Virus record (IMG/VR): IMGVR_UViG_3300025154_001556
Strand: one strand, 5' to 3'
Length of the DNA stretch: 64,000 bases
Source of the DNA: a virus
Lineage: Duplodnaviria; Caudoviricetes
Below, piece after piece: positions 15,203 to 25,264 of the stretch. The notes beneath the pieces are model-generated. The model made no database searches. It saw nothing but the letters and a program-made list of their open reading frames with translations, and was not told the DNA's origin. The position numbers and the translations under genes are program-made. Positions within the stretch are counted from its first letter, which is position 1. Every line of letters starts with the position of its first letter.

Positions 15203-16677
15203 TTAAACACATTTCTTAGCGAGTACTAATTCCAACCCAGGGGTTTTAATGGACTGTTCTACCAAAGCCCGTGTCTCATTAAAAATCTCTAAACTGATTA
15301 TATCATTTATTTCCGCTTCAGTCAAGCCAATATCTGATTTTTCTTTCTTAATGCATCCCATTGTTTTACCTCTTCTGGTTATACACGCATGAATATTCTT
15401 CTTTGTGCTATCAGAAAATTTGCTTCTGTTTAATAATCTTAATGCTGCGGTATACAGACTGTTTACTCCCATTACTGGAAGGATCGGACTATACCACAAG
15501 TTTGAGTTTATCTAAAAAATATTCTTGACTTAGGTTCTCGTCATATCTAAACCTTATCATAGTTACTCCATTACTTGCACATAATTTGTTTTTTATAGTG
15601 TCAAGTGTCTGTCGGCGCTCAACATCTTTTTGAGTATCATAACCCAAACATGGGTAAAAATGCTGCTTTCCGTCATACTCTAATGCTATGGAGTGGTCGG
15701 GCAAAAAGATATCAAGAAATAGATTATGTCTGGTTTCTGGGTTTCTTAGCCAATCAAAAGTTTTTTCCAGTTCTATACTAATTCCTATATCTTTAAGCCA
15801 CAGTACCATATCTTTTATTTTGTATGAGCCCCTAACCCCGTACCGCAGGTAACATCTTTTTGAGCAGTAGTAATTAGGATCTCGTTTAGCTCTTGAAGGC
15901 CCCCTAGCAAAAATAATTCCACAACCTTTACAAGTAAACAGTGTCTTTTCTTTTAGCATACTTTTGTTGTGGCAGAGTTTAGAACAAAACTGCCCCCGCC
16001 CTTCACGTAATGCTGTACTTATAGAATCAAGTCTAAAGTCTTTACCACACTGAGCACAAGTATGTATAGGTATATTTACGTTATATTTATAATTACTTGT
16101 ACTAGAAATTTGGCGTCCTTGTAGTCTATGCCCGCATTCCGTGGAGCATGTTCGTATCTCTCTACGTTTTGGGGTAAATAAATTACTACAAATGGGGCAT
16201 ATAATTTCTTCTTTATTAAAAGACTTATGTTTTAAACCCTTCATAGTAATACTTCGCCATTGGGAGGCGCAGTTTTTACTACAAGTAGTTTGTTTACGTT
16301 TACTTATAAAGTAATTTTTACATATTGGACATTCTTTGTTCATACAATCCTCAAACTTCCCGGCGTATTATACACTCGTTGTGTATCTCGACTTTCGTCT
16401 CAGTCTCTGCGGGGTCAATTACGACTTCCCTCAGGATTGCCCTCAACTTAATTGGTAGGGGTTCCCTGATATGAGCCAGGTTTATTAACGTGCCCACCAT
16501 ACCTTAATAAGAAAAATGGGCACAATCATTAACTGGAAAACTTTTTCCAGGACCGCAAAAGGTTGATTTCTTTAACTTTTTTCTTTCCTTGGTAGTTAAT
16601 TTAGCGGCGTCTTCTTTACCAAGGGCAGTCCGTGCTCTTTTTAATAGTTGATCTAATGCATCTAAAAATTCACTCAT
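15203..16677 (-). CDS. intron-split 137-aa hypothetical protein, join(16516..16677,15203..15454)
   Basis: Spliced: MSEFLDAL...STFCGPGKSFPVNDCAH/YTAALRLLNRSKF...; frame is continuous and SD AAGGAG is upstream. The FPxxDxxHxxxAL pattern recalls DUF6582-like phage modules (recalled, not searched). Confidence 0.8.
15455..16515 (-). mobile_element. group I intron (1061 nt) carrying a homing endonuclease
   Basis: P1 GTGCCCAT/GTGGGCAC with U-G at the 5' splice site; P10 GGTATG/TATACC; P3 CCTGGC/GCCGGG; core ATCAGGGAA, AATCCTGAG, GCAGAGACT, GTATAGTCC; GNRA P9; terminal G. Confidence 0.9.
15489..16343 (-). CDS. intron-encoded endonuclease: Zn-ribbon repeats plus a Vsr/DUF559-like nuclease domain
   Basis: Repeated CPIC..F...CS..C modules; C-terminal LFLDIFLPDHSIALEYDGKQH; stop overlaps the intron S element. 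Confidence 0.82.
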   Translation of the reverse strand: MNKECPICKNYFISKRKQTTCSKNCASQWRSITMKGLKHKSFNKEEIICPICSNLFTPKRREIRTCSTECGHRLQGRQISSTSNYKYNVNIPIHTCAQCGKDFRLDSISTALREGRGQFCSKLCHNKSMLKEKTLFTCKGCGIIFARGPSRAKRDPNYYCSKRCYLRYGVRGSYKIKDMVLWLKDIGISIELEKTFDWLRNPETRHNLFLDIFLPDHSIALEYDGKQHFYPCLGYDTQKDVERRQTLDTIKNKLCASNGVTMIRFRYDENLSQEYFLDKLKLVV

Positions 16678-16688
16678 AATAGTTCTCC

Positions 16689-17330
16689 TTATCTAGATAA
16701 ACAAACTAGTTTATCATTTTGTATATACTCATTGAATAAAGCAAAAAATCTATTTGCGTATTCTATTGGGGTATATTTATCAAACCAGCACAAAATTGTG
16801 CCGTCTTTGGCTAAAACTCTTTTAGCTGCCAGCACCATATCTTCTATGGCGGGCAGAGTTTCTTCATCTATATGTGAATAAAAGTCAATGAATATAAAAT
16901 CGTACTTCCTGCTTGTTTGGTACATATAAGTAAGCCCATCGCTGTTTAATATTCTATGCTTACTTTCATCATAACGAAGCCACTTATTATCTCTGGAACC
17001 GTCATCTAACAAACACTGTATTTTTCTTTGTACATTTATGACGTCTGCATTCTTTTCAATAGTAGTTAAAGATATAACTTCGGGTTTGGTTAAAATACAT
17101 CTGGAGGCTATACCAAGACCTAGACCGATTTCCAAACAATTTCCTTTTGGAAAGCTCCATAATTGCTCTATGTAATCATTAACTTCACTTTCTAATGCCC
17201 AAAGAGTATGGCCATCACCAAGCTCTAAGTATAGCTCATTATTCATACTGTAAACTCTGGCAGTATTATGTGCCGCCACAAGTTCGCCATCTCTGAAATA
17301 AAGTAGTCCATCCATTTTGGCAACTCCCAT
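16689..17330 (-). CDS. class I SAM-dependent methyltransferase (spermidine synthase-like fold)
   Basis: CLEIGLGLG, TIEK and YDFIFIDFY. Confidence 0.75.
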   Translation of the reverse strand: MGVAKMDGLLYFRDGELVAAHNTARVYSMNNELYLELGDGHTLWALESEVNDYIEQLWSFPKGNCLEIGLGLGIASRCILTKPEVISLTTIEKNADVINVQRKIQCLLDDGSRDNKWLRYDESKHRILNSDGLTYMYQTSRKYDFIFIDFYSHIDEETLPAIEDMVLAAKRVLAKDGTILCWFDKYTPIEYANRFFALFNEYIQNDKLVCLSR

Positions 17331-17377
17331 GTATACGGTTGTAGTACAAAAACATGTTTTAGCCTATTAATACATAA

Positions 17378-17698
17378 TTATTCTTTGGGTATATCAAGGA
17401 CTCTATCAAACTCGAACACCAAATTTATACTTACCGCTTCCGCTTTTGTATTATCAAAGGCTACCGGAATGCCACTTTCATCTGTTGCTATAACAGGTTT
17501 TTTATAACGTATACCAACGTTGCCATTCTTGGCCACAGGTAGATAAATATCCAATAATGCTGCTATTTCAGATCTGACATAATCAGACCAACCAGTTGTT
17601 ACTTCTTTATCCAACAGATCATTAGTAGTTTCCATATAGTTAGTTCTCCACCAATTGTTTCTTATCTTTTGCGGCATCTTTATCTTGATCATAAACAA
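17378..17698 (-). CDS. hypothetical protein
   Basis: ORF track; start is probably METTND. Confidence 0.55.
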   Translation of the reverse strand: MFMIKIKMPQKIRNNWWRTNYMETTNDLLDKEVTTGWSDYVRSEIAALLDIYLPVAKNGNVGIRYKKPVIATDESGIPVAFDNTKAEAVSINLVFEFDRVLDIPKE

Positions 17699-18122
17699 GA
17701 CTTACTAAGGCTGTCAGATTACGTCCCCATTCAGGATCATCCGCATTTAATTCGAGTTCGATGTAAAAGTCGCTTATTTCATGATCCACTATTTTAGGTG
17801 TGCCTTTTTCATCGATGAATACATGACGCATTTCATGTGAAATAAGACGTTTTTTGTCTGCTTCTGACGCTAACCCCCACGCTTTGTGGTCAACAATTAT
17901 AATGTAATCATAACCTTCCAATGCTTTATCATCTTGTGTAAAAAACCTGATTTTAGGGGAAGCAAGCTCGATGCTGGCCAAACAAATTTTACCTCTGCTT
18001 ACACGTTTCTTTGTGTCATATATCAACCTAAAATTTAAATTAGCCAAATTTGGAAAACGCTCTTCAACAACATTAAGAAAAACCTCAACTAAATTTTCAT
18101 CACATTCAATATATCTGCTCAT
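17640..18122 (-). CDS. putative phage metallopeptidase
   Basis: LISHEMRH (HExxH) plus DHEISDF. Confidence 0.7.
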   Translation of the reverse strand: MSRYIECDENLVEVFLNVVEERFPNLANLNFRLIYDTKKRVSRGKICLASIELASPKIRFFTQDDKALEGYDYIIIVDHKAWGLASEADKKRLISHEMRHVFIDEKGTPKIVDHEISDFYIELELNADDPEWGRNLTALVSLVYDQDKDAAKDKKQLVEN

Positions 18123-18378
18123 ATTTTCCTTTAATCCTTTTAAAATTTAAAACAAGTTTAGCCTTTAATACTATAAAATAAGTTATTTCCTGCCATATTT
18201 TTTATCGTAGTGCTCTTTTAAGGCTGCTATATCCTTGCTAGTTGGTTTATTGTTACCACTTACCACACTTTGTTCTTTTGCTGTACTAACTTCTTGCATT
18301 TACTTTTTCTCCTTATAGATGATTTACTCATATATAATTTCTAATCAGTATAAACCATAATGGTTTATTAATCAACAA

Positions 18379-18579
18379 TTAATTTATTTTGGCTTCTAAT
18401 TTTTTACCACAGATTGGGCAATAATTTATATTTATGCCATAGGTATAGACACGTGTATGACTAATCTCATTAACTAGCTCTTTCCAGGAAAGAACCCAAC
18501 CATATGGTTCTACCCATTGAAAAACTAAGGGATTTTTTTCAGCAATGCTTCTGCCGTCCTCGCAGCTACAAAAAGTCAT
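18379..18579 (-). CDS. small Zn-finger protein (YCPICG)
   Basis: ORF track. Confidence 0.55.
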   Translation of the reverse strand: MTFCSCEDGRSIAEKNPLVFQWVEPYGWVLSWKELVNEISHTRVYTYGININYCPICGKKLEAKIN

Positions 18580-18651
18580 TAAGCACCTTAAATGTGTTTA
18601 CTTTGAAAAATACTGTGGGGCCTTAATGGCCCCATAGATAATTACTAATTA

Positions 18652-19161
18652 TTATACACGTGTGCCAGGAGCCACATAGCCAGCAGGGCCAGCGTTACGT
18701 GCACCAAAATAATGCCAACCTTCTGACGGATAAATACGTGGCGCAGCAAACCCAGAGGCATCAGCCTCCCTGGTATCCATAACGTCCATTGAAGGGGCAT
18801 TAGCACCCATGGGACGTCTACTACCAAGACCCATTATAGTAAACTCATCATTACGTACACGCTTTACAGTAGAGCCCCAAACAAAAGGATTCATGTTGTA
18901 CTCACCATCCTGAGCAAAAGAAGGAACAACAGGGTTCATGAGCTCATCTTTGGCTTGGTATGAAAGTACGGTCTTAGTATAGTCATCTGAATTTCTTAAG
19001 CCATAGTTTAAAGCACCGAAATTAGACATTTTGACACCAAACTGTCGGTACATCTGAGCACCTACACCGCCCGGTGTTACAACATCAGTTTCTGTGGGGC
19101 CTGTAGCTGCTACTTGAAAAAAATCAAAATTAAATGTGTCTGCCATGGTAATATCCTCCAA
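18652..19161 (-). CDS. hypothetical Gly/Pro-rich protein
   Basis: ORF track; GGAGG SD before MADTFN. Confidence 0.6.
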   Translation of the reverse strand: MEDITMADTFNFDFFQVAATGPTETDVVTPGGVGAQMYRQFGVKMSNFGALNYGLRNSDDYTKTVLSYQAKDELMNPVVPSFAQDGEYNMNPFVWGSTVKRVRNDEFTIMGLGSRRPMGANAPSMDVMDTREADASGFAAPRIYPSEGWHYFGARNAGPAGYVAPGTRV

Positions 19162-19263
19162 AAGTATTGTTAGTTTCCCTTCTATATATAAAGAAAGGTT
19201 AGATTATTTAATTCTTACTTATTATATAGTACAAGAAATCAATTATATACTTTTGAATTACTT

Positions 19264-20130
19264 TTATTTTTCCATAAAATCATAAAGGCGGATTGAAATA
19301 GTACTATGATCAAATAAATATTGTGCTGTATTATCGTAATACGCCAAACTTGAAACAACCACTTCTTTAATTCCAGCGTTTATTATTTTAACCGCACATT
19401 TACCACACGGCTGTCCGCATGTTAAGTAAAGAGAAGCATCTTTTGTAGCTATGCCCATACGAGCACAATTAACTATTGCTGATTCCTCAGCATGACTGGC
19501 CACACAGAGATCCATGCCTTCTCCTGATTTGTAACCAAGCACCTTTCTGGGACATTTACCTAACAAGTATTTAGAATTACGTTCCGGTCTATTAAATGAT
19601 TTATCTAGTACCCATCTAGTATCACAAGGAGGTACCCCTCTTGGAGGACTATTATATCCCGTGCCTAAAATACTATTATCTCTAACTAACACTGCACCAA
19701 TGCGTCTAGAAAAACATTTGGAATTTCTAGCTGCTTGTGCGGCTATACCATAAAAGTATTCATCCCAACTTTTAACTGGTGTCTCATATGAAGATACATA
19801 ATCATGGGAAACAACTGGGGTGTTATTATTTAATTCACCACAATGGGTTAACCACTTACTAACCAAAGCGGCTACCCCTGCGTCATCAATACATTTACGA
19901 GCAACAACAGAGTCTAACATGTCTAAAAAAGCTGCGTAAGAATAACCCAAGGTGTATGCTGTGCTTATAGCATTGTATATTTGTAATACCTCTGCTGCAA
20001 CAGTACTATCAGAATTTACGTATAATTCTATATTGTCGTAAGCTTCTTCTATTTTTTTATTGTCATTACCAAAATTAGCTTTAATGGCTGCTCTAAAATC
20101 AGCATCATTTATATTTGACATATTATTCAT
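19264..20130 (-). CDS. dCMP deaminase with an N-terminal domain of unknown function (about 115 aa)
   Basis: GTGYN, HAEESAI and PCGKC. Confidence 0.88.
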   Translation of the reverse strand: MNNMSNINDADFRAAIKANFGNDNKKIEEAYDNIELYVNSDSTVAAEVLQIYNAISTAYTLGYSYAAFLDMLDSVVARKCIDDAGVAALVSKWLTHCGELNNNTPVVSHDYVSSYETPVKSWDEYFYGIAAQAARNSKCFSRRIGAVLVRDNSILGTGYNSPPRGVPPCDTRWVLDKSFNRPERNSKYLLGKCPRKVLGYKSGEGMDLCVASHAEESAIVNCARMGIATKDASLYLTCGQPCGKCAVKIINAGIKEVVVSSLAYYDNTAQYLFDHSTISIRLYDFMEK

Positions 20131-20380
20131 CCTCTTTTAAATTTTCTAGCATATCCTCTACACCAAAAAACGGGTTATTTTTCTTTAACTCTTCTCTTTT
20201 ATATGTGTAAAGAGACAAGATATCTTCTAAATATAATAAAACAGTTTCCTCTAAATCTGGATTTATTTCCATATCTATTATATGCCTATTCATGTCTACT
20301 TCATATACTTTGCCGCCGAGGCTTTCAATAAAGTCTATTATCTCAGAAAGCATCTCTTTTTCAGAATACAGTCTATTCAT
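20123..20380 (-). CDS. hypothetical acidic protein
   Basis: ORF track. Confidence 0.55.
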   Translation of the reverse strand: MNRLYSEKEMLSEIIDFIESLGGKVYEVDMNRHIIDMEINPDLEETVLLYLEDILSLYTYKREELKKNNPFFGVEDMLENLKEDE

Positions 20381-20390
20381 TATATACCCC

Positions 20391-21155
20391 TTAGTTTAAA
20401 TGCGCTTGTAGCACAGACATAACCAGCTTTTCCACTTTAATATAATCGGGTTTTACTGGTAGTTTACTATGCTTAAAACTACATTCTATCTTTTTAAATA
20501 ACCTTTCAGCCTCAGCTTTTACTTGTATTAAAGACCATTTACCTGTTTTTATTTCAAGAAGTTCTTCAAAATCTTCTCTATGTATATTTAATTCACCAGA
20601 ATTAAGGTATTCATCACCCATCCTAAGTAATCTTATACAGTGGCTGGCATTTTTTGGGTCAAATCCATACTTATTAACTAACTCTTTTCTTTTGCTACCC
20701 ATATAACCCAATTTAATATTACTTTCCATATGTTTAAGTTGACCATAAGCATAGCCAACAAAAGAGTTGTAGGCCTCTTTTGATATAAATAGTTTTTTAT
20801 TATCTATTAATAGTTGTCCAGCAGGTGCTTTATTTAAGTAGTGCTCAGATTTCAACCATAGCATGCCTAATACATTAGGATTAGACTTTAATAGCAAATT
20901 TACAAATTTTCTAAATTCATAAGATACAACATCATATTTATCTTTAAAACATTCTATTGCCCTTTCATGTTTTCTTTCTAACCCTAAACCTATGTAGTAT
21001 TCCTTAGGTGCCATGTATACACCCATAAGATCTATATCGTCAATGGAGTTTGGATCTGTGTTGGGTATATACATTCCGTGGGCGATACTTCCACGATATG
21101 CTTCTATGATGGTGTTATCTGGGAATAATTCTTTACTTAATTCTGGTGTTAACAT
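20391..21155 (-). CDS. nucleotidyltransferase, DNA pol beta superfamily (RlaP/Nuc-transf-like)
   Basis: RGSIAHG, SIDDIDLMGV, NPNVLGMLW and HCIRLL. Confidence 0.85.
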   Translation of the reverse strand: MLTPELSKELFPDNTIIEAYRGSIAHGMYIPNTDPNSIDDIDLMGVYMAPKEYYIGLGLERKHERAIECFKDKYDVVSYEFRKFVNLLLKSNPNVLGMLWLKSEHYLNKAPAGQLLIDNKKLFISKEAYNSFVGYAYGQLKHMESNIKLGYMGSKRKELVNKYGFDPKNASHCIRLLRMGDEYLNSGELNIHREDFEELLEIKTGKWSLIQVKAEAERLFKKIECSFKHSKLPVKPDYIKVEKLVMSVLQAHLN

Positions 21156-21207
21156 TTCTTTACGATCCTTATTATTAGATAGATAGAGGGACGTTACTAA
21201 TTAATGT

Positions 21208-21624
21208 TTATTTTATATAATTACAAACTATATTCTCTATTGTTTTTCCATTATCATTTAATAAATATGCCCTTGAATCCAGCATAACTATAAATTCAGA
21301 ATCATTGTTACGCCAACAACTAATTACTGCCGTTACAGTACATTCCGTACAACCCACAGACATACCATTAATTGTTTCTCCTGGACAATTGCATTTAGTA
21401 CCTGCATGTACACTTGTAAATACTGCGTCAGGGGCTGGATAATTTAAATATGCGGCGGCGTTATTTGCATAATACATTATTTTTACTCTGGCTATGTTGT
21501 CATACAACCACCAAGCTACATCGTCTACTAAGGGTAAGTTAGTGTTTATTGTTGCTGTGTAGGCACGTAATGGTGCGCCATTAGCAGTTGTAACACGTGA
21601 ATAATCGGCTACTTTTAGTATCAT
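21208..21624 (-). CDS. hypothetical protein
   Basis: ORF track; SD AAGGAG. Confidence 0.6.
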   Translation of the reverse strand: MILKVADYSRVTTANGAPLRAYTATINTNLPLVDDVAWWLYDNIARVKIMYYANNAAAYLNYPAPDAVFTSVHAGTKCNCPGETINGMSVGCTECTVTAVISCWRNNDSEFIVMLDSRAYLLNDNGKTIENIVCNYIK

Positions 21625-21639
21625 ATCTTTAATCTCCTT

Positions 21640-21678
21640 TCTATCTGTTTATCTATCTATCTATCTATCTATCTAATA
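21640..21678. repeat. (CTAT)n tetranucleotide tract; its end is the inverted copy of 21173..21187
   Basis: ctatctgtttatctatctatctatctatctatctaata. Confidence 0.85.
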
Positions 21679-21728
21679 GTAAAACTAATTTTTATTTCTG
21701 TTACTCTTATTTTAAGTATTTATTTTAT

Positions 21729-22136
21729 TCACCAACTCACTTCAAAATAAGTATAATAAAGTTCCATGCCGTCAAAACAATCAGATCCTGATCTACAAAC
21801 ATCCTTTGTATCTACTATTTTTACCTTGTACCCAGCAGCCTTCAATCTATTAATAAATGGGATAAAAGCTTTGTCATTTAGACAACCAGATATTTTGTAA
21901 TCTTCCATAGGCTGTATTTTTACAACGTTTTCACCCGCATTTGCTGCCTTGGCTATAATGGAGTCGGTGGTTGCATTTAATATTTTAAGTGCTTCCGCTA
22001 TAACAGAAGCACGTCTCCTGTCTATTTCTTTTTGTTCTTTTTCTGCTTTGATACGGCGATTACGTGTGTCTAATTTAAGCTTGTTCTCAGCAATTTTTTT
22101 AGCTTCTGCAGCACTTATCATATTGTTATCCTCCAA
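21729..22136 (-). CDS. hypothetical protein
   Basis: ORF track. Confidence 0.6.
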   Translation of the reverse strand: MEDNNMISAAEAKKIAENKLKLDTRNRRIKAEKEQKEIDRRRASVIAEALKILNATTDSIIAKAANAGENVVKIQPMEDYKISGCLNDKAFIPFINRLKAAGYKVKIVDTKDVCRSGSDCFDGMELYYTYFEVSW

Positions 22137-22359
22137 AAGACATCATGTCTAATATAAAATTGCTACGAAAATCAAAAATCAGTGCGTGGTGTCTTATCTT
22201 AAAATGTATTATCCGGCCACTCCAAAATCTTTGCACATTTATCCATTGATTCCAACAGCCCTCACTGGCGGCCGGATAGGTTTTCCTAAAATTTACATAG
22301 CTAATACGAGGAATTAACCGACAGAGATTAACAAAATATGCAACGACTGTTTTATTCAT
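22126..22359 (-). CDS. hypothetical protein
   Basis: ORF track; ATGA overlap with its neighbour. Confidence 0.5.
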   Translation of the reverse strand: MNKTVVAYFVNLCRLIPRISYVNFRKTYPAASEGCWNQWINVQRFWSGRIIHFKIRHHALIFDFRSNFILDMMSFGG

Positions 22360-22679
22360 ACACAGTCCTCTGATAAAAATTCTAAATAATCATTTAGGTG
22401 ATCTCGTAGCTTGGTTACCTGATCAACCCACTCAGCCATAGACATTTCATAAGTCCTATGTAATCTCGCCCTCTCATGACAACTTGATATTTCAATAAAA
22501 TAAAGATCTTCTTCTGAGTCTTGTCTTGAACTCCATTTAATTTTCCCAGCCCATGAAACCACAGTACTAGTAGAGGGTTCATTCTCTGGGGTAAGAAACT
22601 CCTTTTTACACCATACAGCTTCCATTGATTTTCTCCTATAAAGTTCCGCGGCGGGTCTAGTGCTCGCTTGCACAGACAT
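22356..22679 (-). CDS. hypothetical protein
   Basis: ORF track. Confidence 0.55.
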   Translation of the reverse strand: MSVQASTRPAAELYRRKSMEAVWCKKEFLTPENEPSTSTVVSWAGKIKWSSRQDSEEDLYFIEISSCHERARLHRTYEMSMAEWVDQVTKLRDHLNDYLEFLSEDCV

Positions 22680-22875
22680 GTAGGCTTAAATATTAAATAC
22701 GCCAAAAATGATGGCTAGTGAAACGGCATGGAATTACCCCATGACTAACGTGTAAAATAGCCAACAACAGTTGCCTACCAGCTTCTCTAAGAGCACGGCC
22801 AGACACCATTATGTTCATATGCATATGTTTTAAATACTCTGTCACTTGTTATAACCTCGTCATCGTCAAAATTGG

Positions 22876-23214
22876 TCACGCCAAGAATCCTACCATTTTA
22901 GCAATTGTTTTATTTACCGTTTTTACTTTTACATGGCTTCTATGTAAAGTGTTTTCTATTTGTTTAGATACTGCCCAAGCAACTTGGTTGTCAATAGCGC
23001 CTTTGGAACACTCGTAGCCTAACAACAGCTCAAAAATTTTAGCCAGTTTTTCAAGTAGTCTGGCATACTTTTCACCTTTATCTGATGCTACAAGCTTTTT
23101 ACCTTTACGTACCACATTCACATTATACACACCTAATTCTTTTCGTAAAGTTGTGTATAATATTATTCTAAGCAACGGATTATTTTTCCAGTCTATCTGT
23201 CGGTATTTCTTCAT
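22876..23214 (-). CDS. hypothetical basic protein
   Basis: ORF track; SD GGAGG. Confidence 0.55.
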   Translation of the reverse strand: MKKYRQIDWKNNPLLRIILYTTLRKELGVYNVNVVRKGKKLVASDKGEKYARLLEKLAKIFELLLGYECSKGAIDNQVAWAVSKQIENTLHRSHVKVKTVNKTIAKMVGFLA

Positions 23215-23229
23215 ATGTAATCCTCCGAT

Positions 23230-23535
23230 TTATTTGTTGTGTGTTTTTTTATGACAATTACCACACAATGTAGTCAAATTAGCCATAGGTTCATTCCAAG
23301 GATACCTTTTAGTGTACTGTAAATGATGTACATGCAGTTCTGTTTCAGGGTCCTTACATCTTGTACAACGCCAGTTATCTCTTTGAAAAACCTTTAAACG
23401 TTTCTTCTGCCACTTAGGATGTTTAAGGGCTTTATGATACTCTTCTTTTGAAAGCCTGTCAACATTTTTTAGTTGTTTAATAACTTTTCCAGGTTTAACT
23501 ATTTTTTTAGCCTTTTTATGCGGTTTCTTTACCAT
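23230..23535 (-). CDS. HNH endonuclease
   Basis: WQKKRLKVFQRDNWRCTRC...LHVHH...NLTTLCGNCH. Confidence 0.9.
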   Translation of the reverse strand: MVKKPHKKAKKIVKPGKVIKQLKNVDRLSKEEYHKALKHPKWQKKRLKVFQRDNWRCTRCKDPETELHVHHLQYTKRYPWNEPMANLTTLCGNCHKKTHNK

Positions 23536-23553
23536 ATTAATTACACCATTAAA

Positions 23554-24009
23554 CTAAATACCAAAAGTTATTCTAAGTTCTGTAGGCTTGGCGTAATAAA
23601 CCAAGTCATCACCAGAGCCTGACCAATAATCGTCAGGCTTTACACGACTAATACGTATTTCTATATCAAATTTTTTCTTTAGCTTTGATAAATAGTTTTG
23701 AAATCCACTACTATGTGCATAAGGTATTAAACCCCAACTGTAAGTAAGCACGTAATAATCGTTCATATCAGCTATCACTTTAGCTACTTTTGTATTAGAG
23801 GAATTAATACTAAAAAAGCTTTTTTCAAAAACCTGTATAAGCTCTTCAGAGGCTTTACGTTCTAATGCTTGTTCTGCCAAAAGTTTGTCTTGTTTTTCTT
23901 TCACAATTTTTTGTTGTTTTTTATATTCATTTTCCTGTATAAGTTTTTTAGCAACACTCTTAACAGAAGGAGTAACAGGAGATCTATCTTTTTTTATTGT
24001 TTTTACCAT
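23554..24009 (-). CDS. hypothetical protein (TAG stop in frame with the downstream HNH gene)
   Basis: ORF track. Confidence 0.6.
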   Translation of the reverse strand: MVKTIKKDRSPVTPSVKSVAKKLIQENEYKKQQKIVKEKQDKLLAEQALERKASEELIQVFEKSFFSINSSNTKVAKVIADMNDYYVLTYSWGLIPYAHSSGFQNYLSKLKKKFDIEIRISRVKPDDYWSGSGDDLVYYAKPTELRITFGI

Positions 24010-24020
24010 GTAAGTTACTC

Positions 24021-24248
24021 CTAAAAAATATCCATACTTATAGAAGCACCATTAACGATGCCTTCATGTTTTTTATGTCCAATTTCACTTACGTATACCA
24101 TATCAATATAGATTGATTGATTAGTAAAGTATGAACTAGTGGCTGATTTAAAATCTTCAAATATTTTAGTAACCGCAACGGCTATGTCCATTTCCGCCTT
24201 TTCTTTTAGCTCTTTAAATTCTTTAACTGATAAATTTATAGCATCCAT
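24021..24248 (-). CDS. hypothetical protein
   Basis: ORF track. Confidence 0.55.
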   Translation of the reverse strand: MDAINLSVKEFKELKEKAEMDIAVAVTKIFEDFKSATSSYFTNQSIYIDMVYVSEIGHKKHEGIVNGASISMDIF

Positions 24249-24272
24249 TTTAATCCACCTATGCTTTTGCTA

Positions 24273-24893
24273 TTAGGCATATTCTTTGACCCCTTTAAAA
24301 GATTTTCTATGGTACTCACAGGGTCCGTAGGTGATTATAGCCTCTCTATGATCTTTTGTCAAGTACCCTTTGTTCTTTCTCCACTTATACAAAGGGAAAT
24401 TTTTATCATACTCATACATGAGATGATCTCTTACTACTTTAGCCACAATACTTGCCGCGGCTATGGATAGTACCTTAGAGTCTCCTTTAATAATTGGGCA
24501 CTGTGTAGCTGCTATACTTTTAAGCTTTATAGGACCGTCTATAAAAATATAATCGTAAGGGATATCTAAATCATATAACGCCACTTTCATTGCTAATTTG
24601 GTGGCTTCCAGTATATTAACGTCATCTATTATTTTTTGATCTATAACACCTACACCTATATCGCAAGTAGTGCTTAATTCCCTGGCTAACTCTACTCGCT
24701 TAGCCTCCGTTAGTTGTTTAGAGTCGGTGACTCTACCAATGAACTGGGCCATAGTATTAGGAGGTATATAAACAGCAGCAGCCACTACTGGTCCGGCGCC
24801 ACAGCCTCTCCCAACCTCGTCTATACCAACAGGGTGGGTGAAGCTGAGACTTAACGCCTCAGCTTCGTAAGTGTAATCAGGAAATGACTTCAT
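24273..24893 (-). CDS. rnhB: ribonuclease HII
   Basis: GIDEVGRG, DSKQL, IDG, KGDSK, IAAASIVAKV and KNKGY. Start is probably MKSF at 24893. Confidence 0.92.
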   Translation of the reverse strand: MKSFPDYTYEAEALSLSFTHPVGIDEVGRGCGAGPVVAAAVYIPPNTMAQFIGRVTDSKQLTEAKRVELARELSTTCDIGVGVIDQKIIDDVNILEATKLAMKVALYDLDIPYDYIFIDGPIKLKSIAATQCPIIKGDSKVLSIAAASIVAKVVRDHLMYEYDKNFPLYKWRKNKGYLTKDHREAIITYGPCEYHRKSFKGVKEYA

Positions 24894-25254
24894 CTGGGTC
24901 CACCGCAGTAGATCTAATATTAGCCAGACAGTCGGGTGCCACAATAGGCTCTTCTACAAGGTAGGTGTTTTTAGTAGTTTCGCCCACAGCAGAAGAAGCC
25001 ACTTGTTGTTCATGTAGTTTGGTCAATGCCTTCAATCTTTTTCTGCGGATGGCACCATCTATTACCCAAATAGGTGCATAGGTACTAACAGGTCTTGGCT
25101 TAATAACCACCTTAGTTATATCTAACTGGTAATGTAAACAAAATCGGTGTTTATTACTTTTAACTTTATCTTTTTTAATTAGACATCTTGTGCCAGCCTC
25201 ATTAAGATTTTTACAAGTATTACATTTAATTTTTTTAGTATTACTTTTTTGCAT
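24877..25254 (-). CDS. hypothetical protein (Cys-containing N-terminus)
   Basis: ORF track. Confidence 0.55.
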   Translation of the reverse strand: MQKSNTKKIKCNTCKNLNEAGTRCLIKKDKVKSNKHRFCLHYQLDITKVVIKPRPVSTYAPIWVIDGAIRRKRLKALTKLHEQQVASSAVGETTKNTYLVEEPIVAPDCLANIRSTAVDPDEVIS

Positions 25255-25264
25255 TTAAATCTCC

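Noticed and set aside
15203-15499. Stand-alone 98-aa ORF starting MWYSP
   Set aside because: Its first 15 codons are intron S/P9 sequence; the rest is exon 2 of the split gene.
22688-22879. GTG-initiated frame containing three TAGs as a possible recoded gene
   Set aside because: The read-through product has no recognisable motif, and other short frames explain the gap equally well.
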